A stretch of DNA of 64,000 nucleotides from Escherichia coli (GCF_045037415.1 NZ_CP173438.1); one strand, 5' to 3'. Positions 39,407-54,036 are shown, numbered from the stretch's first letter. A program made the numbers and translations. The notes: generated by a model not told the origin, from the sequence alone.

Positions 39407-40258
39407 TTACCCCGCCCGATAAAACGGAATATCCCCAAGAATCGTCGCCCGATGCATAATCCGCCGCTGTGGCAGGTAATCCGCATTGGCATAGTGCTGA
39501 GTCACTCGGTTATCCCAAATCGCAATATCATTCGGTTGCCAGCGCCAGCGCACCTGAAACTCCGGTTTAGTGATATGGGCAAACAAAAAACCTAACAAGG
39601 CTTCGCTCTCTTTCTCGCTGACATCAACAATTCGTGTGGTAAAACCTTCGTTCACAAACAGTGCCTGTTTACCGGTCACCGGATGCGTTCGCACCACCGG
39701 ATGTAGCAACGGTGGATTTTTCGCGACCGCCTCACGCCAGCGTTGATGCTCAGCCTCGGTTTTGCGGTACTTGTATTCCGGGAACGATTTACGGAAATCA
39801 TGCTCCGCACGCAACCCGCTCAACAGCTGGCGGAAGGGAACAGAGAGCGCCTCATATGCGGCAATACCACTGGCCCAGAGCGTATCGCCGCCGGTCGAGG
39901 GTAACTCTTTCGCCGCCAGAATCGCCCCTGCGGGTGGCGTTTGAATAAATGTCACATCGGTGTGCCAGTTGTCGTTATCCGGCGGATTATCATTATGGGT
40001 ATCCAGGACGATGATCTCGTCAACCCCTTCAGCATGAGGGTAAACAGGGTGAATATGCAGCTCGCCAAAACGCTGGGCCAGCGCGCGTTGCTGCTGCGGC
40101 GTGATAGCTTGATCGCGCAGAAACACCACCTGATGGCGCAGCACCGCATGGTAAAGCTGTTCAAACTGATTATCGCTTAACGGGCGCGTTAAGTCGGCCC
40201 CCGTAATTTGTGCGCCAATATACGGCCCCAGCGGGGTAATGCTCAGACGTTCACTCAT
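39407..40258 (-). CDS. tauD: Taurine dioxygenase (alpha-ketoglutarate dependent), 283 aa
   Basis: ORF translation [50 protein letters not shown]... Confidence 0.96.
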   Translation of the reverse strand: MSERLSITPLGPYIGAQITGADLTRPLSDNQFEQLYHAVLRHQVVFLRDQAITPQQQRALAQRFGELHIHPVYPHAEGVDEIIVLDTHNDNPPDNDNWHTDVTFIQTPPAGAILAAKELPSTGGDTLWASGIAAYEALSVPFRQLLSGLRAEHDFRKSFPEYKYRKTEAEHQRWREAVAKNPPLLHPVVRTHPVTGKQALFVNEGFTTRIVDVSEKESEALLGFLFAHITKPEFQVRWRWQPNDIAIWDNRVTQHYANADYLPQRRIMHRATILGDIPFYRAG

Positions 40259-41082
40259 TGTACTTCTCCATGCCAGGGCGTCAGGCGGCGCTGTAACGCG
40301 CGCAGACCCAGTTCTAAAAGAAAGGCGATAATCGCAATCACCGCGATCCCCGCCAGCACCACGTCAGTCGCGAGAAATTCACCCGCTGACTGAACCATAA
40401 ATCCTAAACCGCGCGTTGCGGCAATCAGCTCCGCCGCCACCAGCGTAGACCAGCCCACACCCAGACCAATGCGTAATCCGGTGAGGATTTCCGGCAGCGC
40501 GCCGGGCAAAATGACAAACCACAGCACCTGCGCACGGCTGGCACCCAGCGACTGGGCGGCACGAATGCGAACCTGCTGCGCGCTTTTCACCCCCGCCAGC
40601 GCCGACATCGCCACCGGCGCAAAAATCGCTAAATAGATCAGCAAGATCTTCGAGGTTTCGCCAATACCAAACCAGATCACCATCAGCGGCAAATAAGCCA
40701 GCGGCGGCACCGGACGATAAAGCTCGATTATCGGATCCAGAATGCCGCGCACCGTCGGGCTTAGCCCCATGGCGATCCCGACCGGAATACCGATCAACAC
40801 CGCCGCGAGTAGCGCCAGCAAAATGCGCGTCAGGCTGGCTGCCAGATGCTGCCACAGCGTGGCGTCCATAAATCCCTGCGGCCCGGCAATGGTGAGCAGT
40901 TTTGCCAGTACCTGTTGCGGTGGCGGCAAAAACAGCGGGCTAATCAGTTGCAGCGCCGCGACTGCCCACCATACAGTGAGCAAAACCGCTAACGTACCAA
41001 TGCTTAAGGTCACCTGACGCGAGAGCGGCCAGCGCCATTTCAGCCGATGCGAATGCAGTATTTCATTAATGAGCACACTCAT
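40255..41082 (-). CDS. tauC: Taurine ABC transporter permease, 275 aa
   Basis: ORF translation [59 protein letters not shown]...; 4-bp overlaps with tauB and tauD. Confidence 0.95.
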   Translation of the reverse strand: MSVLINEILHSHRLKWRWPLSRQVTLSIGTLAVLLTVWWAVAALQLISPLFLPPPQQVLAKLLTIAGPQGFMDATLWQHLAASLTRILLALLAAVLIGIPVGIAMGLSPTVRGILDPIIELYRPVPPLAYLPLMVIWFGIGETSKILLIYLAIFAPVAMSALAGVKSAQQVRIRAAQSLGASRAQVLWFVILPGALPEILTGLRIGLGVGWSTLVAAELIAATRGLGFMVQSAGEFLATDVVLAGIAVIAIIAFLLELGLRALQRRLTPWHGEVQ

Positions 41083-41846
41083 GAGAACGCCTCCCGTTGC
41101 TCAAATACGCGGCTTAAAACATATTCGCGCATGGCGATGAATTGTGGATCGGACTTGATGCTGCGGCTCGACTCTCCCGCAACAAAGCGGCGAGCAAAGT
41201 TGAGCGGCAGCCGCTCCAGCACACGGCCTGGGCCGGGTGAAAGCAAAACCAGTTCAGTCGCCATAAACACCGCTTCTTCTATATCGTGGGTAATCAACAG
41301 CACCTGCTTTCCCGTCTCCTGCCAAAGTTTCAGCAGCAGGGTTTGCATCTGGTCGCGGGTGAAGGCGTCCAGCGCACCAAACGGTTCGTCGAGTAATAAC
41401 AGCTGGGGATTTGCCGCCAACGCGCGGGCAATCCCCACCCGCTGACGTTGACCACCGGAAAGCTGCCAGATGTAGCGTTTTTCTGCGCCTTCCAGCCCGA
41501 CTTTTTTCACCATCTGGTGTGCGATTTCCAGTCGCTGCATTTTCTCTACACCTGCCAGTTGCAGGCCGAACGCCACGTTGTCCTGTACATTGCGCCACGG
41601 TAACAACCCTTCATTCTGAAAAACTACGCCACGCTCTGCTCCCGGTCCCTGAATACCCTTACCCGCCAGTTGAATGCTGCCATGCTGATAAGGCACAAAA
41701 CCAGCAATCAAATTCAGCAACGTAGTTTTGCCGCAGCCAGACGGCCCCAGAACTACCAGAAGCTCGCCGCTTTCCAGCGTCAGGTTGATATCTTCCAGTG
41801 CCGGTTTGCCGCCATAATCGGCGTAAAGATGAGAAATTTGCAGCAT
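41079..41846 (-). CDS. tauB: Taurine ABC transporter ATP-binding protein, 255 aa
   Basis: ORF translation [50 protein letters not shown]... (Walker A, LSGGQRQR signature). Confidence 0.95.
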   Translation of the reverse strand: MLQISHLYADYGGKPALEDINLTLESGELLVVLGPSGCGKTTLLNLIAGFVPYQHGSIQLAGKGIQGPGAERGVVFQNEGLLPWRNVQDNVAFGLQLAGVEKMQRLEIAHQMVKKVGLEGAEKRYIWQLSGGQRQRVGIARALAANPQLLLLDEPFGALDAFTRDQMQTLLLKLWQETGKQVLLITHDIEEAVFMATELVLLSPGPGRVLERLPLNFARRFVAGESSRSIKSDPQFIAMREYVLSRVFEQREAFS

Positions 41847-41858
41847 CTGCGCCTCCTT

Positions 41859-42821
41859 TTATTGCACGAAGCGCGAGGTAACGTACTGGCTGTAATCATT
41901 CGCTACAGCCGGGACTTTGCCCTGCTCTTTCAAAAACTGCGCGGTGTCGATGATCGCTTTGTTCACCGGTCCGGTCAGTTCTGCCGTTTGTTGCTGCGGC
42001 GTCAGATAGGTATTCCCCTTCACCAGCCCCGGAACGTCACCTTCCGGCACGCCGCTTAACCGCGCCAGTTTGCTGATGTTTTCCGGCTGTTTCAGCCACG
42101 CGTCTGGGTTAGCAATGTACGGTTGCTGAGCATCGATGGCGCTTTTAGCGAACGCTTTCACGACCTCAGGATGTTTCTCGGCAAAATCTTTCCGCACGAC
42201 CCAGACGTCCAGTGTCGGCGCGCCCCACTGCCCGACCTGTTCAGAATCGGTCAGCACCTTGCCATCTTTTTCCAGGGCGTTAACCGCCGGTGCCCATACA
42301 TAAGCACCATCAATATCTCCCCGCTGCCATGCGGCGATAATTGCGGGCGGCTGCAGGTTCACAATCTCAACTTGCCCAGGTTTAATACCCCAGTGTTTCA
42401 GCGCCGCCAGCAGGCTGTAGTGGGTGGTGGAGATAAACGGTACGGCGATGCGTTTACCAATCAAGTCTTCCGGTTTACTGATAGTTTTCTTTACCACCAG
42501 CGCTTCGGAGTTACCCAGTTTTGACGCCAGCAAGAAGACTTCAATCGGCACCTGTTGGCTGGTTGCAACCGCTAACGGGCTGGAACCGAGGTTGCCGATT
42601 TGCACATCGCCCGAAGCCAGCGCCCGCACGATGCTGGCTCCACTGTCAAACTTACGCCAGTCCACGGTTGCTCCGCTTTCTTTAGCAAAGGTGTTGTCGG
42701 CCTGAGCCACTTTCGCCGGTTCGGCGGAGGTTTGATACGCCACGGTGACGTTCACCGCTTGCGCCTGAAAAGCGATGAATGCCAGTGCGGCAAGAAATGT
42801 GTTACGCGATGAAATTGCCAT
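41859..42821 (-). CDS. tauA: Taurine ABC transporter periplasmic binding protein, 320 aa
   Basis: ORF translation MAISSRNTFLAALAFIAFQAQAVNVTVAYQTSAEPAKVAQADNTFAKESGATVDWRKFDSG... Confidence 0.95.
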   Translation of the reverse strand: MAISSRNTFLAALAFIAFQAQAVNVTVAYQTSAEPAKVAQADNTFAKESGATVDWRKFDSGASIVRALASGDVQIGNLGSSPLAVATSQQVPIEVFLLASKLGNSEALVVKKTISKPEDLIGKRIAVPFISTTHYSLLAALKHWGIKPGQVEIVNLQPPAIIAAWQRGDIDGAYVWAPAVNALEKDGKVLTDSEQVGQWGAPTLDVWVVRKDFAEKHPEVVKAFAKSAIDAQQPYIANPDAWLKQPENISKLARLSGVPEGDVPGLVKGNTYLTPQQQTAELTGPVNKAIIDTAQFLKEQGKVPAVANDYSQYVTSRFVQ

Positions 42822-43051
42822 GATTGTCTGCTCCCCCGTCTTGTTATGGGAGCAGTATTTCGTTGCGGGTAAGTTTGATAAAGGAATTAAAACGTCTTGT
42901 TAATAACAAAGCGTTTTTAGAAAAAAATCGGCAATGGTTAGCGAGTTTGCGCATTTTGCTACTTTTAACAAACATCGCCTGATGTGACGCTCACGCCTCT
43001 TATCATGCCTACAAATACTGGGGCCGGATAAATTTTATTCTCCAGTGTTAT

Positions 43052-43100
43052 ATACTATAGGGGGGTATGCATTGACATATAGCATACCCCCCTATAGTAT
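43052..43100. promoter_or_regulatory. FrmR operator: perfect 19-bp inverted repeat with G6/C6 tracts flanking an 11-bp spacer, overlapping the frmRAB promoter
   Basis: ATACTATAGGGGGGTATGC-ATTGACATATA-GCATACCCCCCTATAGTAT; arms are exact reverse complements; 27 bp upstream of the frmR ATG; the spacer contains TTGACA. Confidence 0.75.
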
Positions 43101-43126
43101 ATTGCGTGCAGATGATGAGGTGCGAA

Positions 43127-43402
43127 ATGCCCAGTACTCCGGAAGAGAAGAAAAAGGTCCTTACTCGAGTTCGTCGTATTCGGGGGCAGATTGATGCTCT
43201 GGAACGGTCGCTGGAGGGTGATGCCGAATGCCGTGCCATACTCCAACAGATCGCTGCCGTTCGGGGCGCGGCTAACGGACTGATGGCAGAAGTGCTTGAA
43301 AGCCATATCCGGGAAACGTTTGACCGAAATGACTGCTACAGCCGTGAAGTCAGCCAATCCGTTGACGACACTATTGAACTGGTTCGTGCCTATCTTAAAT
43401 AG
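43127..43402 (+). CDS. frmR: Formaldehyde-responsive repressor FrmR (CsoR/RcnR family), 91 aa
   Basis: ORF 43106..43402; internal Met gives [65 protein letters not shown]... Confidence 0.93.
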
Positions 43403-43406
43403 CTGA

Positions 43407-44546
<1,140 letters not shown>

Positions 44547-44638
44547 TTTCCCGCTGGTTTACCCCGTCCAGTTCAGATGGGGTTCTTAATACTCTCCCCG
44601 GGCAGCCGTCCGGGGGATTAACCGTGAGATAATGACTG

Positions 44639-45472
44639 ATGGAACTCATTGAAAAACATGCCAGCTTTGGCGGCTGGCAAAATGTGTATCGGCATTATTC
44701 CCAATCACTGAAATGTGAAATGAATGTCGGCGTCTATCTCCCCCCAAAAGCCGAGAATGAAAAATTGCCGGTGTTGTACTGGCTTTCAGGCCTGACCTGC
44801 AACGAGCAAAATTTCATTACTAAATCGGGGATGCAGCGTTACGCGGCTGAGCACAACATTATTGTTGTTGCGCCGGACACCAGTCCGCGAGGCAGTCATG
44901 TCGCAGATGCTGACCGTTACGATCTCGGGCAAGGTGCCGGGTTTTACCTGAACGCGACGCAAGCGCCGTGGAATGAACATTACAAAATGTATGACTATAT
45001 CCGCAACGAGCTGCCGAATTTAGTGATGCATCATTTTCCGGCAACGGCCAGAAAGTCAATCGCAGGTCATTCTATGGGCGGGCTGGGCGCGCTGGTGCTG
45101 GCGTTACGTAACCCAGATGAATATGTCAGCGTCTCGGCGTTTTCGCCCATTGTCTCCCCATCGCAAGTACCGTGGGGACAGCAAGCCTTTGCCGCATATC
45201 TTGGTGAAAATAAAGATGCCTGGTTGGATTACGATCCGGTGAGTCTTATTTCACAAGGTCAACGCGTTGCGGAAATCATGGTTGATCAGGGGTTGAGTGA
45301 TGATTTTTACGCGGAACAACTGCGGACTCCAAATCTTGAAAAGATCTGCCAGGAGATGAATATCAAGACGTTAATCCGTTATCACGAGGGTTATGATCAC
45401 AGCTATTATTTTGTCTCCAGTTTTATTGGCGAGCATATTGCCTACCACGCCAATAAACTGAATATGCGTTGA
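44639..45472 (+). CDS. frmB: S-formylglutathione hydrolase (esterase D family), 277 aa
   Basis: ORF translation MELIEKHASFGGWQNVYRHYSQSLKCEMNVGVYLPPKAENEKLPVLYWLSGLTCNEQNF... with GHSMGG catalytic serine motif. Confidence 0.95.
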   Translation: MELIEKHASFGGWQNVYRHYSQSLKCEMNVGVYLPPKAENEKLPVLYWLSGLTCNEQNFITKSGMQRYAAEHNIIVVAPDTSPRGSHVADADRYDLGQGAGFYLNATQAPWNEHYKMYDYIRNELPNLVMHHFPATARKSIAGHSMGGLGALVLALRNPDEYVSVSAFSPIVSPSQVPWGQQAFAAYLGENKDAWLDYDPVSLISQGQRVAEIMVDQGLSDDFYAEQLRTPNLEKICQEMNIKTLIRYHEGYDHSYYFVSSFIGEHIAYHANKLNMR

Positions 45473-45486
45473 GCATCCGCGCACGC

Positions 45487-45577
45487 ATGCCGGATGCGGC
45501 GTAAACCTTATCCGGCCCACATTTCGCTCGTAAACCGTAGGCCTGATAAGACGCGAAAAGCGTCGCATCAGGCATCT
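45487..45577. repeat. REP/BIME palindromic element cluster (frmB-yaiL intergenic)
   Basis: ATGCCGGATGCGGCGTAAACCTTATCCGGCC...GTAGGCCTGATAAGACGCGAAAAGCGTCGCATCAGGCAT: two oppositely oriented REP units. Confidence 0.75.
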
Positions 45578-45596
45578 GCACACGATTTATCAATGT

Positions 45597-46136
45597 TTAC
45601 CACATCAAATCATCAGGCACTTTGAAGTCGGCATACGGATCGTCTTCATCCTGCTCTTCGGCGCTGAGCGCGCTGTGCAACACAATACTGCTGGCATCAC
45701 GCTGAGCAATTTTATCGGCAACGCTGGCGGGAATAATGGCGTATTCACCTTCGCTATTGTTATCGACCAACAAGCGGGCAATCGCCAGACGACCATTAAT
45801 CAACTGCGTTTGCGTGAGCTTATCGACAAAAATCTTCTTAATCAGATTGCCGTCAGTGAAGTTAAAACCAATATCGCCATTGGCAATGGTAATTCGGTTC
45901 ATTTCAATGAGCTGCTTCACCTGGGCTTTATATTCTTTCGCCAACGCCGCTTGTTTTTGTTGCTCGCTAAGCTGTTTATCACGCTCAAGCTGTGCCTTTT
46001 TATTTTCTTCTACCGCCGCCCGTGCTTCACGCGCCTGAACACGCGATTTTTTCGCCGTTCTCTCGACCTTCGCCGCTTTTTTGCTGGTGACTAGTCCCGC
46101 TTTGAGCAACTGCTCTTGTAAGGTAAGTTTTGCCAT
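45597..46136 (-). CDS. yaiL: DUF2058-family protein YaiL, 179 aa
   Basis: ORF 45597..46253; internal Met gives MAKLTLQEQLLKAGLVTSKKAAKVERTAKKSRVQAREARAAVEENKKAQLERDKQL...; start chosen at 46136. Confidence 0.85.
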   Translation of the reverse strand: MAKLTLQEQLLKAGLVTSKKAAKVERTAKKSRVQAREARAAVEENKKAQLERDKQLSEQQKQAALAKEYKAQVKQLIEMNRITIANGDIGFNFTDGNLIKKIFVDKLTQTQLINGRLAIARLLVDNNSEGEYAIIPASVADKIAQRDASSIVLHSALSAEEQDEDDPYADFKVPDDLMW

Positions 46137-46237
46137 CTTTGTTTCCAAACCCGCTGAATAATTTTTAGCGAGTATACCTGTAAACGCCGTAGGTGTATTG
46201 GGGGCAAGTCCCTTTCGCCCCTGCTTAATAAGGCGCG

Positions 46238-47449
46238 TCAGGCATCGGCACACGGCTGCATTCTTGATCTCCGACTCATCAAAATAAACACCGCCAACCC
46301 AGCAACAAGAATACCCGGTGCAGAAGCGGCCATTACGCCGACCGTGCCAGTGCCTAATGCCAGCATTTTCCCGGCCAGTAACGGACCGCTCATAGCCCCC
46401 AGACGCCCTACCGCCACGGCTGTTCCCACACCTGTTGCGCGGATCTGCGAACTGTAAAACAACGGTGCCAGAGCATACAAAACGCTTTGCCCACCTGTCG
46501 CAAACAACCCCGCGACAAATCCCGCCAGCAACATACTGTTAAATGACGACACCGTTCCCAGCGCCAGCAGCGAAGCTAACATGCCGCTATAAATCAGTAG
46601 CGACATGGTTACTGGACGCAGTTTATCCATCAATGCGCCCAACATTAACGTCCCGCTTGCCGCCCCCATTTGCAGTGCAAACATCACCCCTGCCGCCTGC
46701 GATGGCTGGAATCCTTGCTCCACCAAAAGCAGCGGCAGCCAGTTGATCAACATGTAGACCACCAGCAGAGTGAAAAAATAACACAACCACAGCAGCAGCG
46801 TCGCGGTTGCCGTTTCTGGCGCAAATAACGCACGCAGTGGTGGCGCAGCCTGTTTTTCGCCAGCGAAAACCGTCGACTCCGGCAGCCAGCGCATTAATAG
46901 CGGCACCAGAATCAACGGCACCACACCACCTACCCAAAACACCGTTTGCCATGCTAAGTTTGCCCCCGCGAAACCCAGCGTCGCCGCCAGCGCCGCGCCA
47001 ATGGGAACACCGCAATACATCAGGCTCACTGCCGTCCCACGAAAACGTGGTCCCGCGGCTTCAGACGTCAGGGCGATAAGATTCGGCAACGCCGCCCCCA
47101 GCCCGACACCGGTCATCAGCCGCGCAAAGACCAGTGAGGGGAAATCCCATGCAATCGCCGTTGCCAGCGAGAACAAACCAAACAGCGCAACTGAGCCAAT
47201 CAAAATACGCTTACGCCCATAACGGTCTGCCAGCATCCCGCCAACCAGCGCGCCGGGTAGCAAACCGAGTATTCCGGCGCTAAATATCCAGCCCATTTGC
47301 ATTTTATCGAGTGCGAAAGCCTGGGCGATGCCACCCGCCGCAATGCCAGCCGCCTGAAGATCCAGCCCTTCCATCAGAGCGACCAAAAAACAAAGCCCGA
47401 TGGTCAGCATCAGGCGGGATGAAGATGATGAAGGGGTACGAGTCGACAT
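46238..47449 (-). CDS. mhpT: 3-(3-hydroxyphenyl)propionate transporter (MFS), 403 aa
   Basis: ORF 46238..47494; internal Met gives MSTRTPSSSSSRLMLTIGLCFLVALMEGLDLQAAGIAAGGIAQAF...; MFS motif GMLADRYGRKR. Confidence 0.9.
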   Translation of the reverse strand: MSTRTPSSSSSRLMLTIGLCFLVALMEGLDLQAAGIAAGGIAQAFALDKMQMGWIFSAGILGLLPGALVGGMLADRYGRKRILIGSVALFGLFSLATAIAWDFPSLVFARLMTGVGLGAALPNLIALTSEAAGPRFRGTAVSLMYCGVPIGAALAATLGFAGANLAWQTVFWVGGVVPLILVPLLMRWLPESTVFAGEKQAAPPLRALFAPETATATLLLWLCYFFTLLVVYMLINWLPLLLVEQGFQPSQAAGVMFALQMGAASGTLMLGALMDKLRPVTMSLLIYSGMLASLLALGTVSSFNSMLLAGFVAGLFATGGQSVLYALAPLFYSSQIRATGVGTAVAVGRLGAMSGPLLAGKMLALGTGTVGVMAASAPGILVAGLAVFILMSRRSRMQPCADA

Positions 47450-47527
47450 AAGATGAACCTCATTGCGAGTGCAGGTGAATCGCGACTGATACATTGCCAG
47501 CCGCGTAATCAGAACTATTTAATGACT

Positions 47528-47578
47528 GCCTACGGGCGAAATGTAGGCCGGATAAGGCGTTCACGCCGCATCCGGCAG
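47528..47578. repeat. REP palindromic element (mhpT-mhpE intergenic)
   Basis: GCCTACGGGCGAAATGTAGGCCGGATAAGGCGTTCACGCCGCATCCGGCAG. Confidence 0.75.
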
Positions 47579-47624
47579 TCGTGCTGGGATGGGCATACAA
47601 AATGCACGTTCTCGGCAGTCAATA

Positions 47625-48634
47625 TTATTTGTTGTTGCGCAGATCCAGCGCCACGTCGACGATCATATCCTCCTGGCCGCCAACCATCCGGCGTTTGCCC
47701 AGCTCAACGAGAATATCCACCGCGCTTAAGCCATAACGCGCCGCCGCCGTTTCACAGTGACGCAGGAAGCTGGAGTAAACACCAGCGTATCCCAGCGCCA
47801 GCGTTTCGCGATCGACTCGTACCGGTCGATCCTGCAACGGACGCACCAGGTCGTCAGCGGCATCCATTAACGCATAGAGATCGCCCCCATGCTGCCAACC
47901 CAGTTTATCCGCGGCGGCAATAAATACTTCCAGCGGCGCGTTACCTGCGCCCGCGCCCATTCCCGCGAGGCTGGCGTCGATTCGGTCGCAGCCCTCTTCC
48001 ACCGCCGCGATAGAATTCGCCACGCCAAGACTCAGGTTATGGTGAGCGTGCATGCCGGTTTGCGTTTCTGGTTTCAGCACTGCTTTCAGGGCGCGGAAAC
48101 GGTCACGGATATCGCTCATGTTCATCGCACCGCCAGAATCCACCACATAAATACAGGTCGCACCGTAGCCTTCCATCAGCTTTGCCTGCTTTGCGAGATT
48201 CTCCGGCGTGGTCATATGGCTCATCATCAGAAAACCAACGGTGTCCATTCCGAGCTCGCGGGCATACTGAATATGCTGGGCGGAAACATCAGCCTCGGTA
48301 CAGTGCGTTGCCACACGAACCACCCGCGCGCCAGCCTGCCAGGCATTTTTCAGATCGTGAATAGTGCCGATTCCTGGCAGCAACAACGTCGCGATTTTGG
48401 CGTGCTTCACCACATCCGCCGCCGCTTCAATCCATTCAAGGTCGCTATGTGCGCCGAAACCATAGTTAAAGCTGGAACCCTGCAAACCGTCGCCGTGGGC
48501 CACTTCAATCGAATCCACGCGGGCATCATCCAGTGCTTTGGCAATCTGGCGGACATTTTCCAGCGAATACTGATGACGAATGGCGTGCATACCGTCACGC
48601 AACGTGACGTCCGAAATATAAAGTTTTTTACCGT

Positions 48635-48638
<4 letters not shown>
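47625..48638 (-). CDS. mhpE: 4-hydroxy-2-oxovalerate aldolase, 337 aa
   Basis: ORF translation [52 protein letters not shown]... Confidence 0.95.
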
Positions 48639-50400
<1,762 letters not shown>

Positions 50401-51267
50401 TTAAGGGCGTGCGAGGAAATTCAGCACCAGTTGATTGAAAGCGTCGGCATGTTCCCACTGCGCCCAGTGACCACAGTCGCGGAAGATATGCAGTTCAGAA
50501 CCGGCAATGCCGGACAGCAGACGCAGACCCGCATCCATCGGCACAAAGCGGTCGTTGCGCCCCCAGACAATCAGGGTTTGCGCTTTGATTTCCGCCAGAC
50601 GTGGGCCAAAATCCGGGAACTGTTTCGGATTGGCTTCCAGGCTCTTAACGAAGTTTTCCAGGTGATCGCGGCGCGACAGCATATTATTCAGGCGCGCTTC
50701 AAACAGGGCGTCGGTCAAATCGCTGGTATCAAAAACGAAGATATCCATCATCAGCTTCAGGTTTTCGATAGTCGGCTGACGATAAAGCTGATTCAGTCGC
50801 TTAATACCTTCGGTTGGCATCGGCGTAAACAAACTCATGCCGCCCGTACCGCCGCCCATCAGCACCAGTTTGCCGACGCGCTCCGGCCAGTTAAGAGTGA
50901 ACGCCACAGAACTGTGGCCACCCATCGAGTTGCCCAGCAGGTGGATTTTGGCGATATCCAGTTGATCCACCACGCTTTTCAGGATTCGCGCATTAAGATC
51001 CGATCGCGAACCACTATTAACGATCGAATCGCTCTTACCCCAACCCGGACAATCCAGCAGGATCACCCGATAGCCCGCCTCTACCAGCGGATCGATATTG
51101 CGGCTGAAGTTCGCCCAGCCAGTAGCACCCGGGCCGGAACCATGCAGCAGGACAACGGTTTCGTCGCCTTGTCCGCAGTCATTAAAATGGATGCGCAGCG
51201 TTTTACCCGCTTCTTCTACATTCAGAAAACGGCTGGTGGCGGCTTCGGTTTGTGGCTGATAACTCAT
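50401..51267 (-). CDS. mhpC: 2-hydroxy-6-ketonona-2,4-dienedioate hydrolase (alpha/beta hydrolase), about 288 aa
   Basis: ORF 50401..51330; [54 protein letters not shown]... with GNSMGG nucleophile elbow; start uncertain (alternatives at 51282 or 51330). Confidence 0.9.
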
Positions 51268-51284
51268 CATCTTCTCCTGCATAT

Positions 51285-52229
51285 TCAGTTCTCTGTTCTG
51301 GCGCTTAACGAGCCAAATCCGGCAATCCACTCCGGGATTGGGCGGTAATAACGCCCTTCGCTACGCCAGTTGCCAAACGCAGAAATAGCGGCAAAAGCGG
51401 CGACCCAGGTTTTGATTTCATGTGTCGACTTTCCGGCAATGGCGGAAAGCTCTTCGTTACTGACGGCATCCAGTTCCTGTATGCGTCCCTGCTCCAGCAA
51501 AGTCATGAACTGGTTATCCCAAATCGGGTTGAGCGGATGCAGCGTTCTCTGATCCTCAACAAACTTCTCAGCGGCGCTAATCACCCGTTGCTGACGCAAT
51601 TCGCGCTCACTGGCGGGTAAATCTTTCCCGCTCCCCAACAGACGGTCGCGCATATGGGCATCGGCTTTCGCCAGTTCGGGCACCGGCGGCTGATGGGAAA
51701 GCCCACCGGAACCCAGGAACAGCACGCGTTTATTGAGAGTACTGGTGAAACGTCCAATGGCTTCCCCCAACATGCGGGTACGCTGGAAACCGGGCAGCGG
51801 CGTGGCGACACCGTTGATGAACACCGGCAGTACTGGCACCTTATCCAGCCCACCGAGCAGGAACTCCAGCGGCTGGGCGAACCCGTGGTCCACCTGCATA
51901 CAGTAAGAAACGGCAAGATCGATCCCGCTCTTCATGACGGCATGCGCACAGGCCTCCGCCAGCTCCACAGGCACGGGCAGCTCTCCTGCCGCACTGCCGA
52001 AATCACCAATTGCCGTCGCTCCAACGCCTAAACAGAACGGTGGCATCACGTCATAGAAAAAGCCGTTGTAGTGATCTGGCGCAAACAGCACCACCAGTTC
52101 AGGGGAGAAAGCCGCAATACGCTCGCGGGCGCTGGCAATCACGCCATTGACCTCATCGAGTACCTCTTGTGCCGGGTCGACATACCCCACCAGCGGCGAG
52201 TGGGAAAGACAGTGAAGATAAGCGTGCAT
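51285..52229 (-). CDS. mhpB: 3-(2,3-dihydroxyphenyl)propionate 1,2-dioxygenase (extradiol), 314 aa
   Basis: ORF translation [65 protein letters not shown]... Confidence 0.95.
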
Positions 52230-52230
52230 A

Positions 52231-53895
52231 TCAGGCTACCTTTTCGACAGAAACGTCGGCATCAGGGCGGGTCAGCGTCATCACCGACGCCAGTTTATTC
52301 AGGGTCTTGCCCAGGGTTTGCGGAATGGCGGTGGCGGCAACAAAGCGATCCGGGCGCATCACCACCAGCGAAGCATTGTGTTGCGCGAACCAGCTACGCA
52401 GGCGACCTTGCGTATCCCCCACGCGTAGTACGCCGTCGTGGTTATCCTGTGCGGTATGAATTTGCACTTCCGGCACCACCTGAATGAAGCGTGTGCCCAA
52501 CGCGCGCCACTGCTGGATTTGCTCGTCGCTCATCCCCCACAGTGGATTGCATCCCCAGCCAATTACCGCGAAGTTCGCGCCGATCGCGTTATCGAGTAGC
52601 GTCACGTCGCCGTTTTCCAGCGTGACTTTCGGCTGAATAAACATCTTGCCGACCGGAGAGTGCTTCGCTTCGCCCTCACGCACCAGCGCACCGCCGTAAT
52701 ATTGCGGCATCGGCTTGAAGCGCATTTCGAGGAAGTAGCGTTTTACTGGCGGCAGATAATTCAGCAGCCAGGAAACGCCGTCACGTAACGTACCCTGCCA
52801 GCGTTTCGGCGGAGCCAGCACGTTGCCCGCCGTCACGGACAGGTCAATCATCGCTTTGGCGTGATCGCGACGTTCTTGTTGATAGGTATCGAGCAGCGCA
52901 TCGCGGGCTTTCCCCTGGATAACCAACGCCAGTTTCCATGCGAGGTTAAAGGCGTCGCGCATACCACTGTTATAGCCCTGCCCCTGCCACACCGGCATGA
53001 TGTGCGCGGCATCGCCCGCCAGCAGTACGCGATCAATACGAAAACGTTGCGCCAGTCGCGCGTTGTGGGTGTAGACACGCTGGCGAATCAATTCAACATT
53101 GTCCGGATTAGGCAGCACTTTGCTTAACAGCTTGCGCATATTTTGCGGCTCACGCAGCTGTTCTTCGGTTTCTCCCGGCATCACCATAAATTCAAAGCGA
53201 CGTACCGCATGAGGCAGCGCGGCAGAAACATACGGGCGCACCGGATCACAACACAAATAGATATGCGGCGTACTTAACGGATCGTTGGCGATATCTACCA
53301 CAATCCACTGATTTGGCGCAGTTTTACCTTCAAACGGCACATTCAGGGTGCGACGGACAAAACTTGCCCCACCATCACAGGCCACCAGCCACTGGGCTTT
53401 GACCGTTTCCCGCTGCCCTTCTTCCGTTTTCAGGTGCAAGGTCACTTCGTCATCTTGCTGGCTGAAGGCCTCCAGCTCGCGGGAAAACAGGCAGCGCACA
53501 TTCGGAAAACGCGACAATCCTTCCAGCATCACCGCATCGACCTGAGGCTGAATAAAGGCGTTACGGCGCGGCCAGCCAAATTCATCGGTCATTGGCTGAA
53601 TATCAGCAAAACAGCGACCTTTTGGGGTGAGAAAACGCATCGCGTGCCACGGCGTAGTGTGCGGCAGAACATTATCGACCAGGCCAACCGACTGCATGGT
53701 GCGCAGCGCCTCGTCATCAATACCAATCGCACGCGGGTAGTCGATCAACTTATCGAGTTTCTCCACCACCAGCACGTCAATGCCCATCTGGCCGAGATAG
53801 TTCGCCATCATCAGCCCGACCGGACCGGCACCAGCGATCGCCACCTGAACGCTATGGTTAACAGCAGGCTGGATGTCAGGGTGTTGTATTGCCAT
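52231..53895 (-). CDS. mhpA: 3-(3-hydroxyphenyl)propionate hydroxylase (FAD monooxygenase), 554 aa
   Basis: ORF translation [47 protein letters not shown]... (FAD-binding GxGxxG). Confidence 0.95.
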   Translation of the reverse strand: MAIQHPDIQPAVNHSVQVAIAGAGPVGLMMANYLGQMGIDVLVVEKLDKLIDYPRAIGIDDEALRTMQSVGLVDNVLPHTTPWHAMRFLTPKGRCFADIQPMTDEFGWPRRNAFIQPQVDAVMLEGLSRFPNVRCLFSRELEAFSQQDDEVTLHLKTEEGQRETVKAQWLVACDGGASFVRRTLNVPFEGKTAPNQWIVVDIANDPLSTPHIYLCCDPVRPYVSAALPHAVRRFEFMVMPGETEEQLREPQNMRKLLSKVLPNPDNVELIRQRVYTHNARLAQRFRIDRVLLAGDAAHIMPVWQGQGYNSGMRDAFNLAWKLALVIQGKARDALLDTYQQERRDHAKAMIDLSVTAGNVLAPPKRWQGTLRDGVSWLLNYLPPVKRYFLEMRFKPMPQYYGGALVREGEAKHSPVGKMFIQPKVTLENGDVTLLDNAIGANFAVIGWGCNPLWGMSDEQIQQWRALGTRFIQVVPEVQIHTAQDNHDGVLRVGDTQGRLRSWFAQHNASLVVMRPDRFVAATAIPQTLGKTLNKLASVMTLTRPDADVSVEKVA

Positions 53896-54036
53896 TTCAG
53901 TACCTCACGACTCGGACAAAATGCCGTTGCGCGCACAGTACAGCGCAACTTATTTTGTTAAAAACATGTAAATGATTTTTTATTGTGCGCTCAGTATAGG
54001 AAGGGTGTTTTCGGCTACAATCAAAACATGCCCGAA

